From contig MU619262.1 in NCBI GenBank assembly GCA_025201805.1, positions 127,978 to 191,977 on the forward strand: 64,000 nucleotides of DNA, in the 5' to 3' direction. Below are positions 38,459 to 49,331 of this stretch, one piece after another. Origin of the DNA: Parasitella parasitica NRRL 2501 (lineage: Eukaryota; Fungi; Mucoromycota). The number at the start of each line of letters is the position of its first letter. Positions within the stretch are counted from its first letter, which is position 1. Under the pieces are notes generated by a model. The model searched no databases. It saw only the letters and a program-made list of their open reading frames with translations, and had not been told where the DNA came from. Made by a program: the position numbers and the translations under genes.

Positions 38459-39373
38459 ATGCAAAGATTACATCCTGAGCAACAAAATTCGTCTTTGGGG
38501 ATCAGCAAAGCGTTGCAAGAAGAAGTGCGTATGATGGAGGATGCAGAGAACCGTAGCAGTGGGCCCGTCATAAAGAAAGCGTTGACTGATTCCATGTTCA
38601 AAGTGCCCACAGGCGAGTCGAGTTTCTTTTCCTGGGCAAGGTTCTATATTTCGTTGTATTACAACAAGGTAAATTTACAATAAACTGCGCACCGCTGAAT
38701 TGAATCCAAATGCTAAAAATAAAATAAAATAACAAAGTTGGCTGTCAATTGCTTTGGCTGCCTCACAGGGTGGAAATGGTACAATCGATTGGATGATTAC
38801 ATCATACTAGGCGCATTACCCACACCCACGCAAATCAGAAAGTTGCATGCTCAAGAAAAAGTGGATACGGTTGTCAACATGTGTCTGGAGTTTCCTGGAT
38901 ACGAGAAACTTTACAGAGACCTTGGGATCACACAAATCCGACTGGAAACGCCTGATTTTTCAATACCATCAATTGACCTGATCCATAGCGGCATTTGCGA
39001 AATCGTCAAGAGAAAGCAGGATAAGCCCAAAAGCACGATCTATCTGCATTGCAAAGGTAAGTTGATGACCAACTTGTGAGTGACCACTGACGGCTCTATT
39101 TGGCAAAGCTGGCAGAGGACGAAGCGCTGCCATTGCCATTTGCTACTTGCTCAGAACATATGAACTGAATCTTACCGAGTGTCAAGCATTACTGATTGGA
39201 AAAAGATCGCAGGTAAAGTGTTTTTGAAATCTTATACATGCATCCGAATCTGAATACTGCTACAGGTGGATAAGGATCTTGTCCAATCTGATGAAATTCG
39301 GCTATATTACAAGGATTTGCTACTGAACATTGAAGCCGGCCGATATTCAAGAGAACAGAGGCCCCTCGATTGA
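38459..39373 (+). CDS. PTPMT1-like dual-specificity / phosphatidylglycerophosphate phosphatase
   Basis: WYNRLDDYIILGALP, EKVDTVVNM, TPDF, and active site IYLHCK/AGRGRSA split by an intron (39057-39108); 3 introns. Confidence 0.85.
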
Positions 39374-39525
39374 TCACGCATACGGTATTACAAGCCTCAA
39401 TGTTCGGACACTCAATGGCATTAATTAAAATCAATAAATACCAACGAGGGAGAGACGCTGTGCTTTTCATCTTTCTTATCACAAAAAAAAAAAAGAAAAA
39501 GTCTAATAAATTCAATCTATCAAGC

Positions 39526-42013
39526 ATGGAGACCCTCGAGAATGAGAACACCTACTCTGAAACTGCTCAGGACTGGAACACTACTATTAGGCATTCAGGC
39601 CAATGGTTTAAGGATGTGCATGGTAGAACATTGCTAATGAGGGGCATCAATGTATGCGGTTCCTCAAAATTGCCCACAAAGCCCTATCCTGGCTCGACTC
39701 ATATGTACGATGATAACTTGTTTTGGGACCACAGAAATGTGAGTTTTGTCGGCAGGCCCTTTCCCTTGGAGGAAGCAGACGAGCATTTCTCTCGACTCAA
39801 AGCGTGGGGGCTGACGCTGATCAGACTACTGGTGCCTTGGGAGAGTCTTGAACATTCAGGGCCAGGCATTTATGACGAAGAGTATATCGACTATCTGCGA
39901 ACGCTGATTGATCTGATGCCCAAGTATGGCTTAAAATGCGTGATTGATCCACACCAGGACACTGTAAGTACATGTCTGCAAGAGTTTCAATTTTATCAAT
40001 TCCGTTAGCTAGTGGTCAAGATTTTCAGGCGGTTCCGGCGCCCCTGGATGGACTTTTGAAGCTGCTGGCATGGACATTAAGAATTTTAAAGAGACCGGTG
40101 CTGCCTATGTACACAACACGAATGCTGTTCCTGGCGACCCACTTCCGATGGTATTATAAGCCGCTACTGAATTTTGGTCTCGACCTGATTAACGATTTTT
40201 AAAAATTAGGTTTGGCCCACCAATTATACCAAATTAGCATCTTCCACCATGTTCACCCTGTTTTTCGCAGGAGACACTTTTGCCCCCAACCGACAATACC
40301 AAGGAAAATCGGTCCAGCAGCTCCTGAATGATTGTTTTATCAATACATATCACCATTTAGCCCAGAGACTGGTTGATTTGGACGCTGTGCTGGGATTTGA
40401 ATTCATGAACGAACCTCATCCAGGCTACATTGGCCTGGACCATCTGAACGACTTTGATCCTATTGTCAATCTTATCTTTGGCGATTCTCCAACTCCCTTG
40501 CAAAGCTTTGCGTTGGGCGACCGCATCCCGCAGAAGGTGGGCGTTTACATTAAATCATGGCCATTCCCAACAAAAAAGTCACATGACCGAATCCTCAACA
40601 CCACCCGAGTCTCTGCATGGTTGGGAGAATGCATATGGAAAGAGCATGGCGTTTGGAAGTCTGATGAGACGACTGGTGATCCTGTGTTGATTGACTCGCA
40701 CTATTTCTCAAAGCATCCAGCTACGGGCAGGGAGGTGTCTTTCTATGACGACTTTTACGTGCCTCTTGTCAATCGGTATGCAAAGTCAATTCAGAGCGTA
40801 AAGCAGGATTGGTACTGTTTGGTCGAGCCATTAGCAAATGAGGTAAATTGGATCTGGGAATGCGGATGCACTCGTGTCATTTACAATGCTTGTCTCGTTC
40901 CTGTAGAGAGCCCCTGTGTATAAAGAAACGGATCATCACCACAACGTGGTATTTTCGCCTCATTGGTATGACCTCAACTGCGTGTTTTACAAAAAGTTCA
41001 ACGGAAGAATGACTCATGATGTCCAATGCCTTCAGCGGGTACAGTGCCTGGCCCAACACATGATTGCATCAGAGTGACTGACTCGGATTACTGAATATAG
41101 GGAGGCAACGTTTTCAGCGCAACTTATTTTGGTAGGAACGGAGCCAAGAAAAACTACTATGGCCAGATCAAGAACATCAAGCAGGACGGCTTGCGAGATA
41201 TGGGCGACAAACCTTGTATTCTTGGCGAGGTAGGCATTCCGATGGACTTGAACAACAAGATGGCTTTTCAAGACGAAAACTATTCAAAGCATGTCCACTT
41301 TTTGGATGCTATTATTCATGCCTTGGAAACGAATTTGATCAACTTTACGTAAGTGATGCCACACGCAGTGCGGTTGCTGCACAGTATTATTAATGCATGC
41401 TTTTTTTTTTTAGCTTATGGAACTATGATGTTTGCAATGACCACGAATACGGAGACCACTGGAATGGCGAGAATTTTTCTATTTACTCGGTCAAAAAGGC
41501 AAAAGAGGATTATTTAGAGCATGACGACGGCAACAGCAAGCTATCCAAAAAGCATCTGTACGATGGAGGAAGGGTTTTGGAAGCAGCCTTGGTAAGAGAG
41601 CAAATGCGAATGGCAATTGACATTGTTGCGATTTCTAACAATTCATAATGCAGCGTCCTTACGCCTCCAAGATTGCTGGTACGCCTACGTTTTCCGAATT
41701 CAATCTGGATTCATTAAACTACACCTTTTCCTTTATACCGTTTACGACTGATGAGATCCAGAAAATGGAAGCGGAAGGCTATGCAGTCTCTGAGAATATG
41801 GCTGGCGTAACTGAAATTTTTGTCCCTTACTTTCATTTTGGTGGAAAGCCTCTCAACATCCAAACAAATAACGGTGAATGCGACTACAATGAAGATAGAC
41901 AAACCTTATACCATTACTATGATCGTAAAGAAGAATCCACCGACTCTGTCACAATTTCTATTGATGTAGTGAAAACTAATACCACGTCTGCTCCGGCATG
42001 CACCGTCATGTAA
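39526..42013 (+). CDS. GH5 endoglycoceramidase-related protein (EGCrP: glucosylceramidase / steryl-beta-glucosidase family)
   Basis: GRTLLMRGINV.GSSKLP, SFVGRPFPLEEADEHFSRL, WESLEH.GPGIYD, DPHQD/TWSRFSGGSGAP, WPTNY.KL, MNEP (acid/base), GEVGIP (nucleophile), LWNY, GDHWNGENFS and RPYASK; 6 introns. Confidence 0.92.
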
Positions 42014-42626
42014 TAAACCTTTTCTTTCTTTTTCATATACAGTATTTTTCCCGTGCATATAAGCAATAGGGCCGATAATGATGCGTTTGATTCCAAAACA
42101 TGAGTGAAAATCAAGACTTGGAGTGCCAAAAATGGCAACATTTAAAGAAACCAGTTGCACATTTTACTTGGGCGCTTATGTTTTAAATTCTTTTTATTTA
42201 ATACAAATAAGCTGAAAATGGGCAATTTTTACAGTTTAAAAAAATGATCCTGGACTCTACCATTTTACACGAATTGTATGGCGCCTATGCTTGAACAAAG
42301 GGATCGCCTTGATGTTACTTGGATTCACGCAATCGTGTATCATGCAATGCTCAAGGCTGTCTGACAATGGTCACAGGTGACATCATGTAAACGTCGACTG
42401 CAAGTTACAAAAAGAACAAGAAGACGGGAATTAAAGGGCCCTGGAATATGGCTACAATCTTGAATTTAGACATTTGCACACTGCTCTTTGCTGTTGCGGT
42501 TATTCTACATCTGACCTACTGACATCTACATGTAAGAAAAAAAAAAAAAGTAGTGTGAGATAAACACCTACATAGAGAGATGTTATTAACAGCAAAAACA
42601 AAAAAAGAAAAGTAATGTATACAAGA

Positions 42627-43374
42627 ATGAACTCTCTTTTCCGTTTGACGTCAGGCATTTCTTCTGGGCAAGTTCGTATGTATTCAACTGAATCCGCAGC
42701 ACCTAGAGTGAGTGCCGCAAGAGGAGGGTAAGAGAATAGGAGAGAATAGAGATGGATAAGCATGTAGTAATGGACCTTTTTTTGTTTCTTATTTTTACTT
42801 GCAAAGAGTCATTGGATTTCTTCTGGGCGTTACAGTCGCCGGTTCAGCAGGTTACTGTTATCTTTTGGGTGAATACAACAATGCTTCAGCAGCGCTTTTA
42901 TTATCAGTTCAAGAGCTGCAAGCCTCTACTGACAAGGTGAGAAATTCAACTGCAGTAGACATGCGTTGCATTGGGATGCTGATTTTTGGGGGGGGGGGGG
43001 AATTTAGGTCAAGGACTATGCAAGGCGGATCGAGACAGTAGACAGAGATGTTGGTAAATTGAAAGAAATCACTGCAACAAAGCAGCAATTGGCTGATTTG
43101 AAAGTGGATTTTCGCAAATTATACGTGAGTGGAAACATTGTGCCATCCAGCTAGTGAAACTAACGATTGCATGAAATGGGAACATAGGACACCCTAAACA
43201 TTGAACATCTCGAATTAAAAACACATGTTTGGGGATTAGGTAATTGAGAGATTTCGTACACGCACACACGCACACACATATATATGCAAATGCTGACTAA
43301 CGTTACATGTAGAAAAAGACTTGAGCAATTCATCGTCTGCATCCTGCAACGATGGCAATAGACCCTCCAATTAG
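42627..43374 (+). CDS. Small conserved-type fungal mitochondrial membrane/coiled-coil protein, function unknown
   Basis: Spliced: MNSLFRLTSGISSGQVRMYSTESAAPRVSAARGG/VIGFLLGVTVAGSAGYCYLLGEYNNASAALLLSVQELQASTDK/VKDYARRIE.../DTLNIEHLELKTHVWGL/EKDL...; presequence-like N-terminus (R-x-YS), one TM, coiled coil; 4 canonical introns. Confidence 0.75.
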
Positions 43375-43723
43375 GACCTTTTGTATCCTTTCGTGGCTTA
43401 TATTGCACAGCGATAATGCCAATCGATGCGATGCCATATTGATGATAAATTTACTGTTTAGCATGGAAATGGATGTGAACATTTGCAAATCCCGATGCAA
43501 TCTCTTTGGTTGTTGACCGAAACAAAGTGCGTATATGTGTATATTGTAAAGTGTTGAAAATTTTTTTTTCCAGAAAAATTTTTATTCAATAAATAGCATT
43601 GAACACTTCATTTTGACATTTGTTAGCGTTTTAATCCCCTTATTCACAAAAACAACCATTTTGTGGTCTCCCTCCTTATTTTATTTTTCCCGCTCTAATC
43701 CATTCTCTTATTAAATAACAAAC

Positions 43724-46700
43724 ATGCCAGCTGCCGCTGCCGCAAAGAACGTCCAGAGCGAAATCCAAAGTAAGAAGATGTCAATCGTCTCCAACACTCC
43801 TTCCGAGGTCGAGACCAAGAAGGCCAAGGATATTGTTACCAAGCTCGCCGCTGCCTCCGATGAAGATCGTGAGTCTGTCGCCGCTGAACTTGCTGCCACT
43901 GTCAAGGCCAACGGTATCCTCTCCCTCAAGCCCGTCATCGAGCTTCTCAAAAAGGACATTGCCTCCAAGAAGAATGCCAATGCTCGTGCTGGCGCCGTAG
44001 CTGCCATCGTTGCCCTCACCAACGAAAGCCTCCAAGGTCAAGCCGAGCCTTTCATTGTTCCTTTCATTGCTAATCTTTTGGAACTCCAAGCCGACAAGCA
44101 AGCTAGTATCCAAAAGGCTGCCGAGGCTGCTGCCGTATCCCTTGCTTCCAAGGTCAACCCTCTTGCCTGTCCCTTGATGGTCCCCTTCATTCTTGAAGGC
44201 CTCGGTAACTCTTGCAAGTGGCAAACCAAGATGCTTGCTCTTGAGCTCTTGGAACTCCTTGCCAAACAAAACCCCAAGGAATTTATTGTCGCCATCCCTG
44301 AAGTCATCCCCACTGTCTCTGACTGTATGTGGGACACCAAGGCTGATGTCAAGAAGAAGGCCACTGACACTATGGGCGTCATCTGCTCTCTCGTCGACAA
44401 CAAGGATATCGAGCGTTTCATTCCCGCTGTCATTAAATGTATCAACCACCCCGAGAATGTCCCTGAAACTATTCATTTGCTGGGTGCTACCACTTTTGTT
44501 CAAGAAGTTGACACTGCCACGCTTTCCATTATGGTCCCTCTTTTGGGCCGTGGTTTGAACGAGCGTGCTACGCCCATCAAGCGTAAGGCTGCCTTGATCA
44601 TCGACAACATGTCCAAGCTTGTCGATGATCCCGATGTCGCTGCTCCTTTCTTGCCTCTTCTTTTGCCAGCTCTCGAAAAGGTCCAAGATGTCGTTGCAGA
44701 CCCCGAGTGCCGTGGTGTCGTCCAAAAGGCCCTCGCTACTCTCCAACGTGTCGGTAACCCCTCTATCGAGATCTTTACAAAGGATCAAAAGAAGGCCAAG
44801 GTCGAGTCCTCCATCAAGGAGCTCCTGCCTGAGAACTTGGATGACTTTTTCAACACTACCGTTTCTTTCATGAACGACATTGCTCTTACTCTCTGTGTCG
44901 CCAAGAACTTTTTCAAGGTCTCATGGATTGCTGCTCTTGCCCCCTATGCAAAGTCTTTCATCTCTGCTGAGGATGCAGAGAAACTTGCCTTTTCTGCTTT
45001 GGAAAAGTGCGAGGAAGCTGTCACTGCCAAGGACCCCGAGGAGGAAGACGATGAAGGCGAGGACCTCTGTAACTGTGAATTCTCTCTTGCTTATGGTGCC
45101 AAGATCTTGTTGAACCGCACTTCTCTCCGTCTTAAGCGTGGTCGTCGTTATGGTCTCTGTGGTGGTAACGGTTGTGGTAAGTCTACTCTCATGCGTGCTA
45201 TTGCCAACGAACAAGTCGAAGGTTTCCCTCCTCGTTCGGAGCTCAAAACTGTCTACGTTGAGCATGATATTGATGGTTCTGAGGCCGACACTCCTCTCGT
45301 CGATTTCATTCTTGCGTCTGATGGTGTGGAGACCAAGGATCCCGAGCAAGTTCGTAAGATTCTTCTCGAGTATGGTTTCTCTGAGGTCATGGTCACCAAG
45401 ATGGCTATCGGCGAGCTCTCGGGTGGCTGGAAGATGAAGCTTGCTCTTGCTCGTGCCATGTTGATGAATGCTGATATTCTCTTGTTGGACGAACCTACCA
45501 ATCACTTGGATGTCATCAACGTTGCCTGGTTGGAGAATTACCTCTTGGGCCTCAAGACCGTTACCTCCATCATTGTCTCTCACGACTCTGGATTCTTGGA
45601 TCACGTCTGTTCCGACATCATCCATTATGAGCCCAACTACAAGCTCAAGCGTTATGCCGGTAACTTGTCTGAATTCGTCAAGAAGGTTCCTCGCGCCGCC
45701 TCTTACTACTCTCTCGAGGTTTCCCAAATCTCCTTCAACTTCCCTGAGCCTGGTCTCCTCGAAGGTATCAAGACCAAGGAGCGTGCCATCTTGAAAATGA
45801 AGAACGTTGACTTTCAATACCCCGGTTCTGACAGGAAGCAATTGATGGACATTTCCATGCAATGCTCTCTTTCCTCTCGTGTTGCCGTCATTGGCCCTAA
45901 CGGTGCTGGTAAGTCTACTCTTATCAAGTTATTGACTGGTGAGATCGAGTCTGAAGTTGGTACTGTCTGGAAGCATCCCAACTTGCGTATTGCCTATGTT
46001 GCTCAGCACGCCTTCCACCATATTGAAAAGCACCTTGACAAGACTCCCAACGAGTACATTCAATGGCGTTATCTTACCGGCGAAGACCGTGAAGAGCTCG
46101 ACAAGAATGATCGTATGCATGCCGATTCCAACAAGAAAGTCTTGGAGCAAGTCTTTGTTATTGATGGCGAGAAGCGCACTGTCGAGGAACTTGTTGGCCG
46201 CAGAAAGCTCAAGCAATCTTATGAATACGAAGTCTCTTGGGTCGGTCGTTCGTCTGTTGATAACACTTGGATCTCTCGTCAAAACCTTGAGGATATGGGT
46301 TTCGGCAAGAAGATTGCCGAAGTTGATTCTGCTGAGGCTGCCAAGATGGGTCTTAACCGCCCTCTCACTGCCAAGGAGATTGAGAGTCATTTGACTGACG
46401 TTGGTCTTGAAGCTGAATTCGCTACTCACTCTCGTATCCGTGGTCTTTCTGGTGGTCAAAAGGTCAAGCTTGTTATTGGCGCAGCAATGTGGAACAAGCC
46501 TCACATGTTGGTTCTTGATGAGCCTACCAATTACTTGGATCGTGAATCTTTAGGTGCTTTGGCCATGGCTATCAAGGCATATGGCGGTGGTGTCGTTATT
46601 GTTACTCACAACCGCGAATTTACCGAGGCTCTCTGTAACGAAGTGTGGATGGTTGATGGTGGTCGTTTGACTCCTTCAGGCCATAATTGGGTTTCTGGTA

Positions 46701-46882
46701 ACGGAACCACCAAGGTCGTGGAAGCTGACGAAGAAGATCAATTTGATGCTTTCGGTAACAAGATTGAGAAGGTTGAAAAGAAGAAGAAGTTGTCTTCAAA
46801 GGAACTCCGTCAGAAGAAGAAGGATCGTATGGCACGTCGTAAGCGTGGCGAGGAAGTTTACACTACTGATGAAGAGTTGTAA
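43724..46882 (+). CDS. YEF3: Translation elongation factor eEF3 (HEAT + two ABC domains with chromo insertion)
   Basis: Intronless 1052 aa. KWQTK, DNKDIERFIP, LGATTFV, EDLCNCEFSLAYGAKILLN, GGNGCGKST, LSGGWKMK, GPNGAGKST, LSGGQKVK and a basic tail; strong C/T-ending codon bias. Confidence 0.98.
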   Translation: MPAAAAAKNVQSEIQSKKMSIVSNTPSEVETKKAKDIVTKLAAASDEDRESVAAELAATVKANGILSLKPVIELLKKDIASKKNANARAGAVAAIVALTNESLQGQAEPFIVPFIANLLELQADKQASIQKAAEAAAVSLASKVNPLACPLMVPFILEGLGNSCKWQTKMLALELLELLAKQNPKEFIVAIPEVIPTVSDCMWDTKADVKKKATDTMGVICSLVDNKDIERFIPAVIKCINHPENVPETIHLLGATTFVQEVDTATLSIMVPLLGRGLNERATPIKRKAALIIDNMSKLVDDPDVAAPFLPLLLPALEKVQDVVADPECRGVVQKALATLQRVGNPSIEIFTKDQKKAKVESSIKELLPENLDDFFNTTVSFMNDIALTLCVAKNFFKVSWIAALAPYAKSFISAEDAEKLAFSALEKCEEAVTAKDPEEEDDEGEDLCNCEFSLAYGAKILLNRTSLRLKRGRRYGLCGGNGCGKSTLMRAIANEQVEGFPPRSELKTVYVEHDIDGSEADTPLVDFILASDGVETKDPEQVRKILLEYGFSEVMVTKMAIGELSGGWKMKLALARAMLMNADILLLDEPTNHLDVINVAWLENYLLGLKTVTSIIVSHDSGFLDHVCSDIIHYEPNYKLKRYAGNLSEFVKKVPRAASYYSLEVSQISFNFPEPGLLEGIKTKERAILKMKNVDFQYPGSDRKQLMDISMQCSLSSRVAVIGPNGAGKSTLIKLLTGEIESEVGTVWKHPNLRIAYVAQHAFHHIEKHLDKTPNEYIQWRYLTGEDREELDKNDRMHADSNKKVLEQVFVIDGEKRTVEELVGRRKLKQSYEYEVSWVGRSSVDNTWISRQNLEDMGFGKKIAEVDSAEAAKMGLNRPLTAKEIESHLTDVGLEAEFATHSRIRGLSGGQKVKLVIGAAMWNKPHMLVLDEPTNYLDRESLGALAMAIKAYGGGVVIVTHNREFTEALCNEVWMVDGGRLTPSGHNWVSGNGTTKVVEADEEDQFDAFGNKIEKVEKKKKLSSKELRQKKKDRMARRKRGEEVYTTDEEL

Positions 46883-47207
46883 ACGCCTTTTTTTTTTTCT
46901 TCTTCTTCTTCTTTGCTTTTCCTTTTTCTTTATCAGTAACAATTTATAGACATTCTTCTTCTCAATATAATCACCCATTTTCATTCTCTTTTATACATAA
47001 TAAAAATTAACACACCAGATTTTTTTGTACCAATTCAAATCTAATATATACCATTCAAAAATGCAAAAGTATAAATAAAACATTTGAACACTATGGCTTC
47101 GTTATCAGATCAATTTTATCAAAGAGCAGGGTATTTATTACAGAAAAAAAAAATATAAAAAATAAAATTCATGTATATGTACAAAAGTTGAATGATGCTA
47201 CTATAAT

Positions 47208-48153
47208 CTAGTTTGTAATTTGTATGCCTTCTTCCGCAAGTTTGTGGTCTTTCCAGGCAAGTCTCATGCCACTAATATACAATTACGATACAATCGAGAT
47301 GAGAGATACGCTCCAGCATGCCAACACTTGAAAAAATTACCTGTCATTCCAATACACAATATCGCTTTGCCAGTTCTTTTGATCCAATTCAGCAGCAAAC
47401 TTGGGATAATTGTCCTTGGTCCAGGCCAACGAATCCTCCAATGCGTGAATATAGCTGCTCCAATCTGATTCCTTTGTAATGTTTGATTTGTTGAGACTAT
47501 CATGAAACTTGAGAGAGTGCAAAATGGATCTTATCACATCGTTCGATCCTGCGTCCTGATGGAACATGACCCACATTGTATTTTTATGATAGTTTAATAA
47601 ATAGTTTTCGTGCTATGCAAACCAGTTTGGAGATGAGTAACAACGCAAGATATATATATATATAGAGAGAGATCATTGGTTATATTACCTTCAATACTTG
47701 AACGACGCCCTCTACTTCTCCTGCAACGCCATACGCTTGCTCAGCACTAGGACCCAGCTTGATATGGATGGTAATTGCTCCCTTTTTGTTCTTGCCGTAA
47801 GTTGGCTTGATCCATTCACCAAAGCCGACTTCACGATCCTTTAATTTGTCGTATTCTACAACTGCGCCCGAGTCGATAAATTCACGGCTAAGCAAGGTCA
47901 GCTTTGCTTGATTTAAAATCTCAAATTTCGCAGCATGGAGCATCTTTGTGGTAGCCCAAATGTTGACAGGCGAAAGTAGAGCAAACACACTAAACAGAAA
48001 CAGGGGTGAATGCGATACTGAAATAAGGCCAACGCCAGTCAACATGCCCATTAAATGAGCAGTGGACATTTGTGCGTCGTCCTTGGCAACGATATCACCA
48101 ATATTACCGTTGGGCTATAGATACGCAGTTGTTTGTCAAGTATTACATGTATC

Positions 48154-48196
<43 letters not shown>

Positions 48197-49229
48197 NNNN
48201 NNNNNNNNNNNNNNNNNNNNNNNNNNNNNNNNNNTTTTGTAAATGTCATATGAGAGGCAATCCAGATGCTTTCATGTATCAATTCAAACATGTTTCCAGC
48301 TAATTGCAGTTAGTTTTTTTTTTAGGTGCATGTTTGAGCAGACGGTCGAATAATTTACCTGCTGCTAAAGGCAGGAAAAGCTTAGGGGTAACCACTGATG
48401 TGCACAACTGCAAAAATGATCCCACCGTCGAAAATAACTCGCAAACAAACTTCCATGTTTTTGGGTGTGAGTCGAAAGAACTGGCGTATCTTTTGATGAA
48501 AAAGAGTTTGCCAATTTCGCCTATGCCGTCCTTCAAAACCCTATGCACACATCATTGAATATATGATACATGCATTGTACGCAATCGACATTTGTTTTTA
48601 CCATTGTATTGCTACAGCGCCACCAGTTGCTTCGACTGTACCCAGCCCCAATGAAGCCAACATGGCTTGAGAGCACAACACCCCAATCTACAGCGCCGCA
48701 GAACGTTAAGCGCATACCTCTATACATGCATAATAGAATATCTTACTGCAGATCCAACGTAGGTCTCCAAAAACAGCCATGTATGAAACTTTTGGTAGCA
48801 ATCATGCACAGACTCTGGATACCCCACTGGCAGAAACATTTCTCTCATATTCTGCTTCATGGCATTGAGTGCGCCAAAGCCATTTTTGTTCTGTTTCAGC
48901 TGGTACCACTCTTTCTTCTTTTGGTTGTTGTCTTCTGCAGGCTGGATCCATTCCCAGGACATGGGGGATGTAGTGACAGGCGCAGCAATGCGTCCTTTCG
49001 AGGCCGTAGCAGACTTTGTTTTTCCAATTGTCTGTAGGCTAGTATATATGCGCTTTCGTCCGTACACGAGTTCTGTTAAAATGGGCTCGTGCTTGGTTTG
49101 CGAGTTGGATGTAAATTGGCCAAGGCTGCTCTGAAATCTCTTGTGCAATTGGATCGATTTGCAGTGTTGGATTCGGCAAGGGTATCTTGGCATGATACTC
49201 TTTGACGTCCATACAAAGCTCTTTAACAT
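47208..49229 (-). CDS. RUS1/DUF647 (root UVB sensitive, vitamin B6 photoprotection) family protein
   Basis: FLPVGYPESVHDCY, VLKDGIGEIGKLFF, FDSHPKTWK, GNIGDIVAKDDAQ, LNQAKL; presequence-like N-terminus; multi-exon; interrupted by an N-gap. Confidence 0.88.
48197..48234. other. Assembly gap (N run) inside RUS1-like gene
   Basis: 38 Ns adjacent to poly(T). Confidence 1.
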
Positions 49230-49331
49230 GATTTATACAGGCTGAAAATTTAGTATGAGGAAAGAGGAGGGGGGGGTGGCCCTTGTGGCAAGAAGACAAA
49301 GTTTTATTATTTTAAAACACAGGGATGGCCC

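Noticed and set aside
43781-46504. Long antisense ORFs (335, 313, 191 aa) opposite eEF3, and similar ones opposite AGX1
   Set aside because: Expected shadow of strong codon bias in highly expressed genes; no recognisable domains.
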